Shown here: positions 28,403-37,730 of the stretch, piece by piece
How the letters are laid out: each line of letters starts with the position of its first letter
Numbering within the stretch: the first letter of the stretch is position 1
Source: a virus
Direction: 5' to 3' (one strand)
Length of the DNA stretch: 64,000 bases
IMG/VR virus record: IMGVR_UViG_3300027973_000028
Span: 1-64,000 of that record
Made by a program: the position numbers and the translations under genes
Notes under the pieces: model-generated
What the model saw: the letters and a program-made list of their open reading frames with translations, nothing else
Databases searched by the model: none
Told to the model about the DNA's origin: nothing

Positions 28403-29042
28403 TTATTGGGTTTGCTGATTGATGATTGTTGTCCTTCGTAAAGTTTAAAGTTTTTCCTAAATCAATAATAGACATGTCTAATTCATTCCATATCTTGTGG
28501 GACAAAGCTAGTCCTAGTGAACTGCAGTCTAACAAACAGTATTGTACTTTGCCGTTTAAGTTTTTTAATTGATCAAATATTTCTTCGTATTTATTATACA
28601 TACTTGTATATGATATATTAATAATATTTTTCTTTAGTCCAAGTACATTAGAAATTCTTTTTTGATCATGAAGAGAAACAACTACAGAAGGTGTATTTGT
28701 AATGTAAAAAGAAATAAGAGAATCAAATACTGGTTTATTATTTTCTAAATAATATTCAAATACATTAGGATAATGATAGTATATTTCTTTATTTAATCCA
28801 ATTGTAGAATACTTACCATCTTGCACTTCCTTCATTAGATCATACGAAACATTTTTCATTACTCTATCACCAGAAAGATTAATGGAATTAATTATTTCTT
28901 TAGAAACATTTGATGGAAATGTTTTTTCATTTTTTTTATTTAATCCTATAATTGAAGATTTAGATATATTAATGAATGCAAATTTCTTATCACTATTCAT
29001 TAAACCCGTTAATTGAATAAGAGATCTATTTATATTTTTCAT
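28392..29042 (-). CDS. GT-D-fold-like protein
   Basis: C-terminal YCLLDCSSLGLALSHKI...IIDLGKTL resembles the GT-D (DUF1792) signature; adjacent to a GT2. Confidence 0.4.
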   Translation of the reverse strand: MKNINRSLIQLTGLMNSDKKFAFINISKSSIIGLNKKNEKTFPSNVSKEIINSINLSGDRVMKNVSYDLMKEVQDGKYSTIGLNKEIYYHYPNVFEYYLENNKPVFDSLISFYITNTPSVVVSLHDQKRISNVLGLKKNIINISYTSMYNKYEEIFDQLKNLNGKVQYCLLDCSSLGLALSHKIWNELDMSIIDLGKTLNFTKDNNHQSANPINAK

Positions 29043-29051
29043 ATTTACTCC

Positions 29052-29765
29052 TTAAAGTCCAAAGTTTCCCCAGTTTATTAAAACTGGATTTTCATCTAAT
29101 ATAGAATTAATATGAGATAAATTATGATATTTACCACCATCTATCTCAGAATATCTTTTATATTTTTTTTGCTTATCTTCATCAAAGATATATCCGAGAT
29201 GCTGCATTACGAGACCAGAATTTATCCAAAAGTTTCTTCTCTTGATCCATTCTGATACGTATGTTGGTTCAGACCCACAAGCCAATGCTCTGTCATTAAA
29301 CTGACCACCAGGTATGAACCTAAATATTCTCGAACTATTATTTGGTGCCCAGAGTTTATCTACTCTATATTTAGTTTCATCCCACATGTGATAGAACCTA
29401 ACATTAACTACATCTTGTTCAGAGGAATCTAAGACTGTTTTTATGTCAAGCGAATTAAGATTATCTAATCTGTAAAGCATCTCGTCGCAATCTATCGCGA
29501 TAATCCAATCGCCCGGACTAGCATGTTTTTCTAGATTAGACCAGGCAGCTGTTCTTAGTCTTCCCTCGTGAACTGCAAATGTTGGTTCTGTAGTTTTATA
29601 TACATGCGCATAATCTGATGCTATACCAGCGGTGTTATCTTCTGAGCAGTCGTCAGTAAAGACAATTTCATCAACTTGATTTGATATTCTACTTAATACA
29701 TTTTTTAAGAATCTATCTTCTTCATTTCTTCCGACCATTTGAGCAATAATTTTTTGTTTAGACAT
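29052..29765 (-). CDS. glycosyltransferase family 2
   Basis: GRNEEDRFL...DEIVFTDDCSEDNT...WIIAIDCDE...HLGY. Confidence 0.85.
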   Translation of the reverse strand: MSKQKIIAQMVGRNEEDRFLKNVLSRISNQVDEIVFTDDCSEDNTAGIASDYAHVYKTTEPTFAVHEGRLRTAAWSNLEKHASPGDWIIAIDCDEMLYRLDNLNSLDIKTVLDSSEQDVVNVRFYHMWDETKYRVDKLWAPNNSSRIFRFIPGGQFNDRALACGSEPTYVSEWIKRRNFWINSGLVMQHLGYIFDEDKQKKYKRYSEIDGGKYHNLSHINSILDENPVLINWGNFGL

Positions 29766-29782
29766 TTTTATCCCTAAAATAG

Positions 29783-29814
29783 AGGGGGTGATAGTTATCA
29801 AACCACCACCCCCT
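29783..29814 (-). terminator. intrinsic terminator hairpin
   Basis: Minus strand AGGGGGTGGTGGTT-TGAT-AACTATCACCCCCT followed by CTATTTT. Confidence 0.7.
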
Positions 29815-29826
29815 ATCCAATAATAA

Positions 29827-30021
29827 TTAGCTTTCTACTTGCTCTCTTGCTTCAACAGCTGTAATGCGTTGAACATCAACATCCTTGAACAAGAGTTCTC
29901 CACGAGTTCCAGACAACTTACGCGAATTGCTAGATGCAATTTTCTGTGCCTCAGCTACAGTAGGTGCCTTAACGATTGACGTTGTTGTAATTGTGAAGTA
30001 TTTGAATTTATTTTCAGCCAT
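29827..30021 (-). CDS. small protein (64 aa) with its own promoter and terminator
   Basis: GAAAGGA SD; sequence resembles the N-terminus of the 56775-58034 protein. Confidence 0.75.
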   Translation of the reverse strand: MAENKFKYFTITTTSIVKAPTVAEAQKIASSNSRKLSGTRGELLFKDVDVQRITAVEAREQVES

Positions 30022-30068
30022 TAGTTTTCCTTTCGGCTATTTATGTTATTGGTTTATATTGCACTTAT

Positions 30069-30098
30069 ATACTACAACCTAAAGCATGCGCGATGCAA
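30069..30098 (-). promoter_or_regulatory. host-type promoter TTGCAT-N18-TAGTAT
   Basis: Intergenic, upstream of 30021; a second TTGCA lies at 30106-30110. Confidence 0.55.
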
Positions 30099-30117
30099 GT
30101 TGTTCTGCAAGTTTTAA

Positions 30118-30546
30118 TTAATTTTTTCCACTAGCCAACTCTTTAACCGGCCAATAATAATCTAAGTTGTTGGGTTCATCAAAATATTGCGAATAATATT
30201 CATAGTCTTTGCGAAGTAGATTAGATCTATGTGATCTATGAAATTCTTCTAAGCCGAACCAAGGTGGCATAGTCGCAGAATCAATATCGACATCCTCGTA
30301 CTGCATAGTGTTTTTGTACCCTCTATTAACCCATTCTTGAATGGTGTAATTTTGATACAACTGCAGGGCGGCTTCGTAACCCTTCCACATCAAGGTCACT
30401 GGATGATTGCGCCATCCTTTTGTTGGCGTACGATCAAGTAGGATATTTAGAACTTGAAATGTTTCTACGCGCTGCTTTCCAAGTCTACGATAATCCAAAA
30501 CTTGAATTGATTTTTGTAAATTTGCATAGGGTAAAAATGTTTGCAT
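30118..30546 (-). CDS. pyrimidine-dimer DNA glycosylase-like protein (MSMEG_6728 family)
   Basis: MQTFLPY...LDYRRLGKQRVETFQ...GWRNHP...MWKGYE...PPWFG...HRSHRSNLLRKD. Confidence 0.85.
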   Translation of the reverse strand: MQTFLPYANLQKSIQVLDYRRLGKQRVETFQVLNILLDRTPTKGWRNHPVTLMWKGYEAALQLYQNYTIQEWVNRGYKNTMQYEDVDIDSATMPPWFGLEEFHRSHRSNLLRKDYEYYSQYFDEPNNLDYYWPVKELASGKN

Positions 30547-30551
30547 TGTAT

Positions 30552-30830
30552 CTAGTCCAATTCTAAAGGCATCACTATTATTGGAGTTTGGTCGCCAATC
30601 CAAGCCCCAATGCAATTATACTCAATGTATTCTACCGCCTCTTCGTAGCTCATTCCATCCCTAGCTATGCAGACGTCAATCATTTTTTCCCAAGAATAAA
30701 CAGCTAACAAAGGTTGGTTTATTCTTTGTGACAAACCGATTAATGATTCATCAAAACCATCCATTAAAACAACACTTTCTTTTATGTCATTTAAATATTG
30801 ATTTATTTTTTTTCGCAATGATAGTGACAT
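30552..30830 (-). CDS. conserved phage hypothetical protein
   Basis: DGFDESLIG...AVYS...GMSYEEAVEYIEYNCIGAWIGDQTP. Confidence 0.75.
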   Translation of the reverse strand: MSLSLRKKINQYLNDIKESVVLMDGFDESLIGLSQRINQPLLAVYSWEKMIDVCIARDGMSYEEAVEYIEYNCIGAWIGDQTPIIVMPLELD

Positions 30831-30884
30831 TTAAATTATTTTTTAAACTCTTGAAATTTTTTATTGCCTACACCAAAATATTTT

Positions 30885-31457
30885 CTAGTTTGCATTTTTA
30901 ATTTCCTTAAAGAATGTTGTTGATATTATTTTATTTCCACTTATAATTTCTTCTGCTCTATGAATTAAATGAGAGGGAAGTAATACTAAACTATTCTCTA
31001 TAGGCTTAACAGTAATTTTTAATTCTGGAAAAAATAAATTACCACCTTCAAAATCTTGATTAACATAATAAACGGCTGTGTAAGTCATCTTTTTTTCTTC
31101 ATCTGAAGAAAATAAATCATTATGATCCATAAAAAAATTTCCAGGATTATAAAGTGATATCATACCGCAGTATTGACTATTCTCCCATTGACTGACGTGA
31201 GTTGTGTTTAGTGTTAAATTTAACACTTTTATCATTTGTTCATTTAAGGAGGATACAATTTCATACAAAATTGGATTGCTACTATCTATAGCTTTTACCC
31301 AAAAATTGTGTGAGTCAAAATCATTTTTTTTAAAAGGATTGTTTTGATAACTAAAAAAATCTAAATTATTAATCTGATTTAAAATTAAATCTTTAAATTT
31401 TTTATGAAGAGAAAAAAAATTTTCAATACGATAAATACCATTACCTAAATGTTGCAC
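30885..31457 (-). CDS. 2OG-Fe(II) oxygenase
   Basis: HND...YYVNQDFEGGNLFFP...IHRAEEIISGNK. Confidence 0.8.
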   Translation of the reverse strand: MQHLGNGIYRIENFFSLHKKFKDLILNQINNLDFFSYQNNPFKKNDFDSHNFWVKAIDSSNPILYEIVSSLNEQMIKVLNLTLNTTHVSQWENSQYCGMISLYNPGNFFMDHNDLFSSDEEKKMTYTAVYYVNQDFEGGNLFFPELKITVKPIENSLVLLPSHLIHRAEEIISGNKIISTTFFKEIKNAN

Positions 31458-31859
31458 TTACGCCTTCTTAAATTCCTCAAAAGTTTTATCGCCTACTCCA
31501 AAGTATTCTCTAGCTAATCCAGCTTTAACGATTTCGGTATTAAGGCATTCGCCAGCTTCGTTCCATACTCTAGCCAGAATTCTGCCGTACTTCTCATTCT
31601 TGTCTAGGATAGTTTCGATCTTTACTTTATTATTAGCTTTCTTAATCCATTGATCAGTAAACTCTTTTGCAGCAAGCCCCATCTTCTTTTCTTCTAGATT
31701 TGTAGTGCGGCTTTCTGGTGTATTAACACCATATAATCTGACACTCTTTGGTCCAATGTGAACTTCAAAACCAAGATCTATCTTAATCTTGAATGTGTCT
31801 CCGTCTACTATCTTAACCACTTCTGCATTGTAAAGGTAAACATTAAATTGATCTGACAT
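31458..31859 (-). CDS. thermonuclease (SNase family)
   Basis: IVDGDTF...VRLYGVNTPES...EKYGRILA. Confidence 0.9.
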   Translation of the reverse strand: MSDQFNVYLYNAEVVKIVDGDTFKIKIDLGFEVHIGPKSVRLYGVNTPESRTTNLEEKKMGLAAKEFTDQWIKKANNKVKIETILDKNEKYGRILARVWNEAGECLNTEIVKAGLAREYFGVGDKTFEEFKKA

Positions 31860-31860
31860 T

Positions 31861-32673
31861 TTAATCTCTTTCTATTCCTAGTTGATCGCAGGCTTTGCGA
31901 AATATTTCTTGACTTACTTTGAACTTACTATCTGCTTCACTATATCCTTCACCCGGTTTTGGTGATGATGCATGCCAGCTATGACCGATTGACACACTAC
32001 CATCATACACCACATTGTAGCCACGATGACGTGCAAAATACGAACACCAAGTTTCTTCGTAGTAGTGAGGTGTTGGCAGGAACGCGCCCAATACTCCTGG
32101 ATACATTCTTTGATATTCGCGATCACTTGTTAAACTAGTCCATACTGATCTTCTAATGAAGTAAGCGGACCCAGATACCGTGACACAATTTACCCTATCC
32201 TTAAAAAGATTATCGTTTGGATCATGCTGCTTCCAACCCCTATGTTTTGGAGCCGTATTAGTCCCTACAATGCCAGCATGTGTTATGTAACCATTTTCGT
32301 CTCTTTGTTTCGGGCCAAGAATATGTATATCTTGATTCTCATCAAATATTTTTTGAACATTTATTAGATCCTGAGTAGTAAGCCAAACATCTGCGTTCAA
32401 TAAACAAATTATATCACCAGCTCCGTAAGTTGCCATCCCATTGCATGCAAGAGAATAGCCTATGTTTTGATTATTCCAACCTGCAGTTATCTTATATGTA
32501 AGTCTATTTTCTTCTATCCAAGGCCAACTTCCGTCGGAAGATCCATTGTCTGATATGTAAAGATTCCATATCTTATTTTGTTCATTAAGATCACTATGAA
32601 GTGAATCTAAAAAACGTTTAAGTAAATCTTTTGTATTGTAATTTACTACACATAAATCAATCATTTTTACCAA
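31861..32673 (-). CDS. glycosyltransferase family 2
   Basis: VVNYNT...SDNGSSDGS...NIGYSLACN...LLNAD...VSGSAYFIRR...YYEE. Confidence 0.88.
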   Translation of the reverse strand: MVKMIDLCVVNYNTKDLLKRFLDSLHSDLNEQNKIWNLYISDNGSSDGSWPWIEENRLTYKITAGWNNQNIGYSLACNGMATYGAGDIICLLNADVWLTTQDLINVQKIFDENQDIHILGPKQRDENGYITHAGIVGTNTAPKHRGWKQHDPNDNLFKDRVNCVTVSGSAYFIRRSVWTSLTSDREYQRMYPGVLGAFLPTPHYYEETWCSYFARHRGYNVVYDGSVSIGHSWHASSPKPGEGYSEADSKFKVSQEIFRKACDQLGIERD

Positions 32674-32909
32674 CTATCATCGTCATTGTTATTTTGCTTG
32701 CTAATAAATTGATTTTCATTAATTGATTTTACAGCTTCTTCTTTAATGTGTAAAATATTTAATCTTTCTTTTTCATCTTTAACAACAGATAAATAATTTG
32801 ATAATGCGTTTGATATAACAAGCATTTCATCTATTGTTGTTACCAGATACGTTTGACCTGATTCAAGTTTAATATTTATTTTTTTCTTTTCGTTTATTTT
32901 TTTAGCCAT
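32667..32909 (-). CDS. hypothetical protein
   Basis: 80-aa ORF in the operon. Confidence 0.6.
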   Translation of the reverse strand: MAKKINEKKKINIKLESGQTYLVTTIDEMLVISNALSNYLSVVKDEKERLNILHIKEEAVKSINENQFISKQNNNDDDSW

Positions 32910-32914
32910 TATTC

Positions 32915-33157
32915 CTACTTATTTTTAATTTTTACCTTTTTATCATCTAAATCAAAACCACCGATTTTATTTGGATCGTACCTATGAAGACATATGTTGT
33001 CGGTATCAGGTTCAAATGTAACAAAAAATATGTTTTTATCTTGATCCGTTAACCCGTCTGGGGCCGGAGATTCAATGGCTATTTTTGAAGAAGAGCATCC
33101 GTAAACTTGACTATGGTTTTTATATACTACAATATAATTTAACTTAGACGCTGGCAC
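32915..33157 (-). CDS. hypothetical protein
   Basis: 80-aa ORF, GTG start, AAGG SD. Confidence 0.6.
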   Translation of the reverse strand: MPASKLNYIVVYKNHSQVYGCSSSKIAIESPAPDGLTDQDKNIFFVTFEPDTDNICLHRYDPNKIGGFDLDDKKVKIKNK

Positions 33158-33199
33158 TTGTGTTTACCTTTACTGTTTTTATTTTTTTAAAAGATTTTT

Positions 33200-33370
33200 T
33201 CATAACAAAGAAAATATAATCAAACCAAATATTAATGGAGTAGCAAGAGCGAGTGAAACGGAAACTATTCTTGTTCTTTTGTCTTTAGATGTTTGATTAA
33301 GTATCTGCATAGCTATTGTCCAGTTCAAACAGACTGTCAATAATAAAGATAATAATAAATTTTTATACAT
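33200..33370 (-). CDS. small two-TM membrane protein (56 aa)
   Basis: MYKNLLLSLLLTVCLNWTIAMQIL...IVSVSLALATPLIFGLIIFSLL, read manually; overlaps the thyX stop. Confidence 0.55.
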   Translation of the reverse strand: MYKNLLLSLLLTVCLNWTIAMQILNQTSKDKRTRIVSVSLALATPLIFGLIIFSLL

Positions 33371-34076
33371 AACTACCTAATAGACTTGATAGTGAAACCG
33401 GAAAGTGTGGACTTATTAAGTCTTTTACAGATTCCGCATACTCAGTTATTTCATGTTGAGCGTCTTCGGCCAATCTTTGATTCAAGAACAAAGCTATTGA
33501 CTGCAAGCTACAAGACCATCTATATACAACATGCATGGCGTACGCTGGCAGGAATAAACGCGCTTGCTCTGGAGCAGCTCCGTTATCCATCGCCAACCTA
33601 TATAAAGCTTCTCCCTGTTCAATATACTTCTTTAACTCTTCAGTCAAAATTGAACCAGTCCAAGGGTCTATGGGACCGCCAGATCCTTGTTTCTTGTTGT
33701 CTGGAGCAAGTCTCCATTCGTTTAATTTTGGTATATAAAATTCTGGTTCCATTGTCACGTATCTGCGTGACGATTCATTCCATGAATCCATTGTATGATC
33801 AGAGCCGACAACATATTTCCAATGTTGTCTAGCAACAAGCAACGGTGCCTTAAATTCAAATGTAGCGAATGCGTGCCTAAACGGAGACATGTGATTTTCT
33901 CTTGCAAGAAAATTTATTAGTCTAGCGTCGTCTGTCGACATTTGGGAACTTTCTTTTGCAAACGAAGCTCTTGCCGCATTTGCAACAGAAAGATCAGATC
34001 CCATAACATCAACTAATCTAACATAGCCATTATCTAAAACGACTATAGATTTTCCTATATTATTAGTATCTTCCAT
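33363..34076 (-). CDS. thyX: FAD-dependent thymidylate synthase
   Basis: AARASF, HMSPFRH, VARQHW, NESSRRY, RL...AQHEI; TGgTATAAT 7 nt before ATG 34076 (leaderless). Confidence 0.92.
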   Translation of the reverse strand: MEDTNNIGKSIVVLDNGYVRLVDVMGSDLSVANAARASFAKESSQMSTDDARLINFLARENHMSPFRHAFATFEFKAPLLVARQHWKYVVGSDHTMDSWNESSRRYVTMEPEFYIPKLNEWRLAPDNKKQGSGGPIDPWTGSILTEELKKYIEQGEALYRLAMDNGAAPEQARLFLPAYAMHVVYRWSCSLQSIALFLNQRLAEDAQHEITEYAESVKDLISPHFPVSLSSLLGSYV

Positions 34077-34093
34077 AGGATACATTATACCAT

Positions 34094-36205
34094 CTAATTG
34101 GCTTTTGAGTTATCCTTTATGAATTTAATTTCACAAGAATCAGTAGTACAGTATCTTTCACCAATTGCATCTGATGCCATCCCAGCATATACTCCAGTTA
34201 AATCTATAGCGAATAGCTTTGAAGTAGCATCCGTATATTCTTTTTCTGATATTTGAGTGTAAGGCATTTGTGGATAAGTATGGTTTCCGCTCGGCAAAAA
34301 TGACACCGTCTTTAATTGCCCGTCATACATATGGAGTACTGTACCTACGTGCTCAGATTCTGTATCTTTATCAAAAGATATTGTTACAGAAACAGAATTG
34401 TCAGACCAATATCTTTGGGCGGTTGCTGCTAAAGACATTTTTTCAAAAATTGTAACGTCACGCTCTGCTCTTTCTGCATCTGACTTAATCGGAAAGTATA
34501 CTACTGATGTTGTATCAGGAGATTCAGAAGCTGGCTCAACCGTATAGTTTGCCATTTTGAATAGAGGTAACATTGGGTCTTCGTTTGCGAACCTAATAGT
34601 TCTATTAAAATACTTTCCGCCTGGGGTCCAATGCACACCTGGTGATTCGCCTGCAAGAATTGAAACAGTTCCAGAGGGTTTAATAGTTGTCATTTTAATG
34701 GATTCTCTAATTCCCAACCACTCAGAGTAAACATTATCATAACGCTGGATAGTTCTATAGCCTTGGTCCATCCATTCGCGAAGAGCTGGGACTCCAACTC
34801 TATCGGCAAAGTTTGCTACGCCCGACATAGACGCACCTATTCTACGATTACGTTGCATGATGGCATTAGTCTCTTCCCAATGGGTTGGTAGCAGAGTCAC
34901 GGTCTTTGCATATAGGTAGGCAAACTTTAATGTGCGCTTATAGTCCTCTAGGCTGTCATGCCTATTGAGATAGGTCTCCACAAGCGTACAGCACTCGTAG
35001 GACTCTAGAGACTGCTCTGCACAGGGGTTATAGCCGGCTACTCTATGGTCCTTATTGTTTGGTGGATCAGCTAAGCGGCCGTATTTGCGAGACATGTCCA
35101 TCCATAGAACTCCAGGCTCACCGTTAAGAGATATACCCTCTACTATGCTGGAAAGATCTGCTCCGACCGCTGTTTCAACGGAGTTGTTAGACATCCAGCC
35201 CCATCCTGGAGCCGATGAATCATACGAGTTTCGGTCAGGGAATCTTTCTGAATTTTTTAAATTTAAGAAATCTTGATCGTCCAAGCGACCAATCAACAAT
35301 TCTGCTGATCGACGCACATTTCCAGACACAACGCATACACCTATAACGTTTCCGATGTCAGCTATATCTATACGAGTTAGCTTCTCTCCACTGCGTCCAG
35401 AAAACATTTTACGAATATGTTTATGTAGCTTTTCAAGTGGCTCGTGACCAGCAGCTACTCCACCAAATGTTTTAATGGGCGTGCCAGCTGGACGGATTAC
35501 GCTGTAGTCAAAATCAACTGCGTCTTGTTCTGGTTTTAGATATGAATTTAACAATAGAGCTGTTGAATCGACCCAGCCTTCTCTTGTATCAGGAATAACG
35601 ATTGGTTTAATTACCTCTAAGACCTTTGGCTTAAAGATCGTAAAATCTTTGTCGGCACCTTTGTCATCAAATCCTACACCAACACCCAACATTGAAGCTT
35701 CCATAAGAAATGCGAAAGGTTTTGCTGGGTTAAACTTATTCATTTCTGCGGTGGAAACAAAGGCGCAGTTTTGTAGAGCCGCCGAATTCTTTTGTATATT
35801 TACGATGTTTGTTCCCATAGCCCAAAGACCACGACCAGGTGGTGTCCATTTGAGGTTAAACAATCTATCAAATGCTTCCTTTGCAGAGGCTTGAGCCTTT
35901 GCATCATTCCATGGAAGGCGATTTTTTTTACAGTGATCTTTTTGGAGGGAGTACATTCCATTGATAACTCTTTCGCAAACATCAACCCACGTTTCTTTTG
36001 TGCCATCTTCCTTAAGTCTTGAGTAAGTGCGTAAAAAGGTTATTTCTCCAACAGAATTTCCAGCTGCATCCCTATAGCCAAATGGAACTACTTTATCTTT
36101 ATATCCAGTAACAAATTCATCTGTCAGTCTAAAAGAAAACATCGATGCCTGCTTTGGGGCGGCGTATGCTATATCTGGATTACCATTTTCTATCTCTAAT
36201 GACAT
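34094..36205 (-). CDS. nrdJ: class II (B12-dependent) ribonucleotide reductase, monomeric RTPR type
   Basis: PPGRGLW, LQNC, GNVRRSA, NPCAEQ, TIKPSGTVS, C-terminal YCTTDSC. Confidence 0.93.
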   Translation of the reverse strand: MSLEIENGNPDIAYAAPKQASMFSFRLTDEFVTGYKDKVVPFGYRDAAGNSVGEITFLRTYSRLKEDGTKETWVDVCERVINGMYSLQKDHCKKNRLPWNDAKAQASAKEAFDRLFNLKWTPPGRGLWAMGTNIVNIQKNSAALQNCAFVSTAEMNKFNPAKPFAFLMEASMLGVGVGFDDKGADKDFTIFKPKVLEVIKPIVIPDTREGWVDSTALLLNSYLKPEQDAVDFDYSVIRPAGTPIKTFGGVAAGHEPLEKLHKHIRKMFSGRSGEKLTRIDIADIGNVIGVCVVSGNVRRSAELLIGRLDDQDFLNLKNSERFPDRNSYDSSAPGWGWMSNNSVETAVGADLSSIVEGISLNGEPGVLWMDMSRKYGRLADPPNNKDHRVAGYNPCAEQSLESYECCTLVETYLNRHDSLEDYKRTLKFAYLYAKTVTLLPTHWEETNAIMQRNRRIGASMSGVANFADRVGVPALREWMDQGYRTIQRYDNVYSEWLGIRESIKMTTIKPSGTVSILAGESPGVHWTPGGKYFNRTIRFANEDPMLPLFKMANYTVEPASESPDTTSVVYFPIKSDAERAERDVTIFEKMSLAATAQRYWSDNSVSVTISFDKDTESEHVGTVLHMYDGQLKTVSFLPSGNHTYPQMPYTQISEKEYTDATSKLFAIDLTGVYAGMASDAIGERYCTTDSCEIKFIKDNSKAN

Positions 36206-36217
36206 TATATATATCTC

Positions 36218-36922
36218 CTATCTAAGTATAGTTATTTTTTTTACGTATTTTTGATTTAACTTTTGTAATTCTGTACTTTTTATTTTTATTATTTCATCGA
36301 TCTTATAAACTTTGTGTATTTCTTTTTCAAAAAAATAACCACTTCTCCAATTAAACACTTTGTTAACATTGCTTTTATGTTTGACAAACATATTACATAT
36401 TATAGCACCGCCATATGCTTTTACTAGATTAAAAAATTTTATCTCCAATTCTTTTGCGTTATCTTCATTCAAATCAGAAACTTCTTTTGCTCTATTATAA
36501 AGCCAATTAAATGCTTGTCTAGTTAATGGTGATACATCTATCGGGTCTACGACGCCTAACTTAATAATTTGATTTCTATCTTTTATGATTTTTATATCTT
36601 CTTTAATATTTTCTTTAAATAATTCAAACCAATCTCTTTCATTGAACTGTGTCCAAGCTGTACACCAAAACAAAAGTTTATCTGGAGGAGTAGGAATAGT
36701 AGTGCCCTCTAGTAGAGGTAGCATTGTTGCACAACTTATAGTTTTTTTTACAAAGGCTTTTCTTTGCTCTTCTGTAAGTCCTTTTGAACCAGACATTTTC
36801 CACAGTTTTTTTATGTGGCTATCCCAATCAGATGCACCTAAAAATAAATTTAAATATTTTTCTGCTGTATCAAAAGGTATCGTGTCTTCATTGATTACCT
36901 TTTCAAGAGCATCTAAATACAT
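36218..36922 (-). CDS. hypothetical protein
   Basis: 234-aa ORF, AAGGA SD. Confidence 0.75.
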   Translation of the reverse strand: MYLDALEKVINEDTIPFDTAEKYLNLFLGASDWDSHIKKLWKMSGSKGLTEEQRKAFVKKTISCATMLPLLEGTTIPTPPDKLLFWCTAWTQFNERDWFELFKENIKEDIKIIKDRNQIIKLGVVDPIDVSPLTRQAFNWLYNRAKEVSDLNEDNAKELEIKFFNLVKAYGGAIICNMFVKHKSNVNKVFNWRSGYFFEKEIHKVYKIDEIIKIKSTELQKLNQKYVKKITILR

Positions 36923-36972
36923 TTATAATCCTTAATAAAATACTCAAAACCTATAAAAATGATCCATATAAA

Positions 36973-37006
36973 CAGCAATCCCGCCTGGGATCAGACGGGA
37001 TTGTTG
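36973..37006 (-). terminator. intrinsic terminator at the end of the structural module
   Basis: CAACAATCCCGTCTG-ATCC-CAGGCGGGATTGCTG-TTTAT on the minus strand. Confidence 0.75.
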
Positions 37007-37051
37007 TAGCCGTGCTATTAGTATAGCACAGAATATATTTTTCGGTGATGC

Positions 37052-37660
37052 TTACAATGCTTTTGCTGAGTCCAAACCTTTGTATTCCAGCACTTTGTTT
37101 CTGCCATATTCCGATTCTGTATTTGCTTGACCATAGCCTGAAGTGAATACTGCTGCACTTGTTACACCGTGAACATCATTTGGTCTAAAAACACCGAAGG
37201 ATGCTGGTGCGCCTTGAGCTTCTGTTCTTGCAGCGTGACCAGTGCTTGCAAATATATTTGCTGATGTAACACCATCAAATATATAGTTATTGTAACTATA
37301 GTCACTTACTCTATCGGCATGTCCGAAGCTAGAAGGAAACGCTGCTGCCCCTGCTAAGCCTTTAAATTCAAATGGCTTAAAGCGAGCTCCCTCATAGTCA
37401 GACCCATCTGCAAATGTACCTGCTAGTGGAGTTGTTCCAACATAAAGTGTCGAGCCAGTAAATAGTTGTGATAAAAGAACATTTCCTGGATGACGACCAG
37501 TGCCTGGGACATGATGATTGTCTGGAGCTCCATCCAAAAGACCCTTAGCAAATAGTGGGTAAAATGAATATGTGCCAGCCGTACCCTTGAATACGTTCAC
37601 CATATCTGCAGTAGAACGACCCTTCAATACTGGTCTTGGACCTACGTAAAAGGTTGCCAT
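37052..37660 (-). CDS. probable abundant virion protein
   Basis: Strong TAAGGAG SD, TTACTAT motif upstream, terminator downstream, Gly/Ala-rich. Confidence 0.6.
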   Translation of the reverse strand: MATFYVGPRPVLKGRSTADMVNVFKGTAGTYSFYPLFAKGLLDGAPDNHHVPGTGRHPGNVLLSQLFTGSTLYVGTTPLAGTFADGSDYEGARFKPFEFKGLAGAAAFPSSFGHADRVSDYSYNNYIFDGVTSANIFASTGHAARTEAQGAPASFGVFRPNDVHGVTSAAVFTSGYGQANTESEYGRNKVLEYKGLDSAKAL

Positions 37661-37701
37661 ATGAGATATCTCCTTATTGTATAATGCGGTTTACACTATC
37701 T

Positions 37702-37708
37702 ATAGTAA
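37702..37708 (-). promoter_or_regulatory. TTACTAT motif (AATCATTTTACTATA)
   Basis: Nearly identical to 511-524 (AATCATTTACTATA). Confidence 0.55.
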
Positions 37709-37730
37709 AATGATTTTTGGTTTTTAACCA

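Noticed and set aside
19966-36205. Inteins or introns in dnaE, dnaB or nrdJ
   Set aside because: Protein lengths are normal, motifs are contiguous, and no splice-junction signatures were seen.
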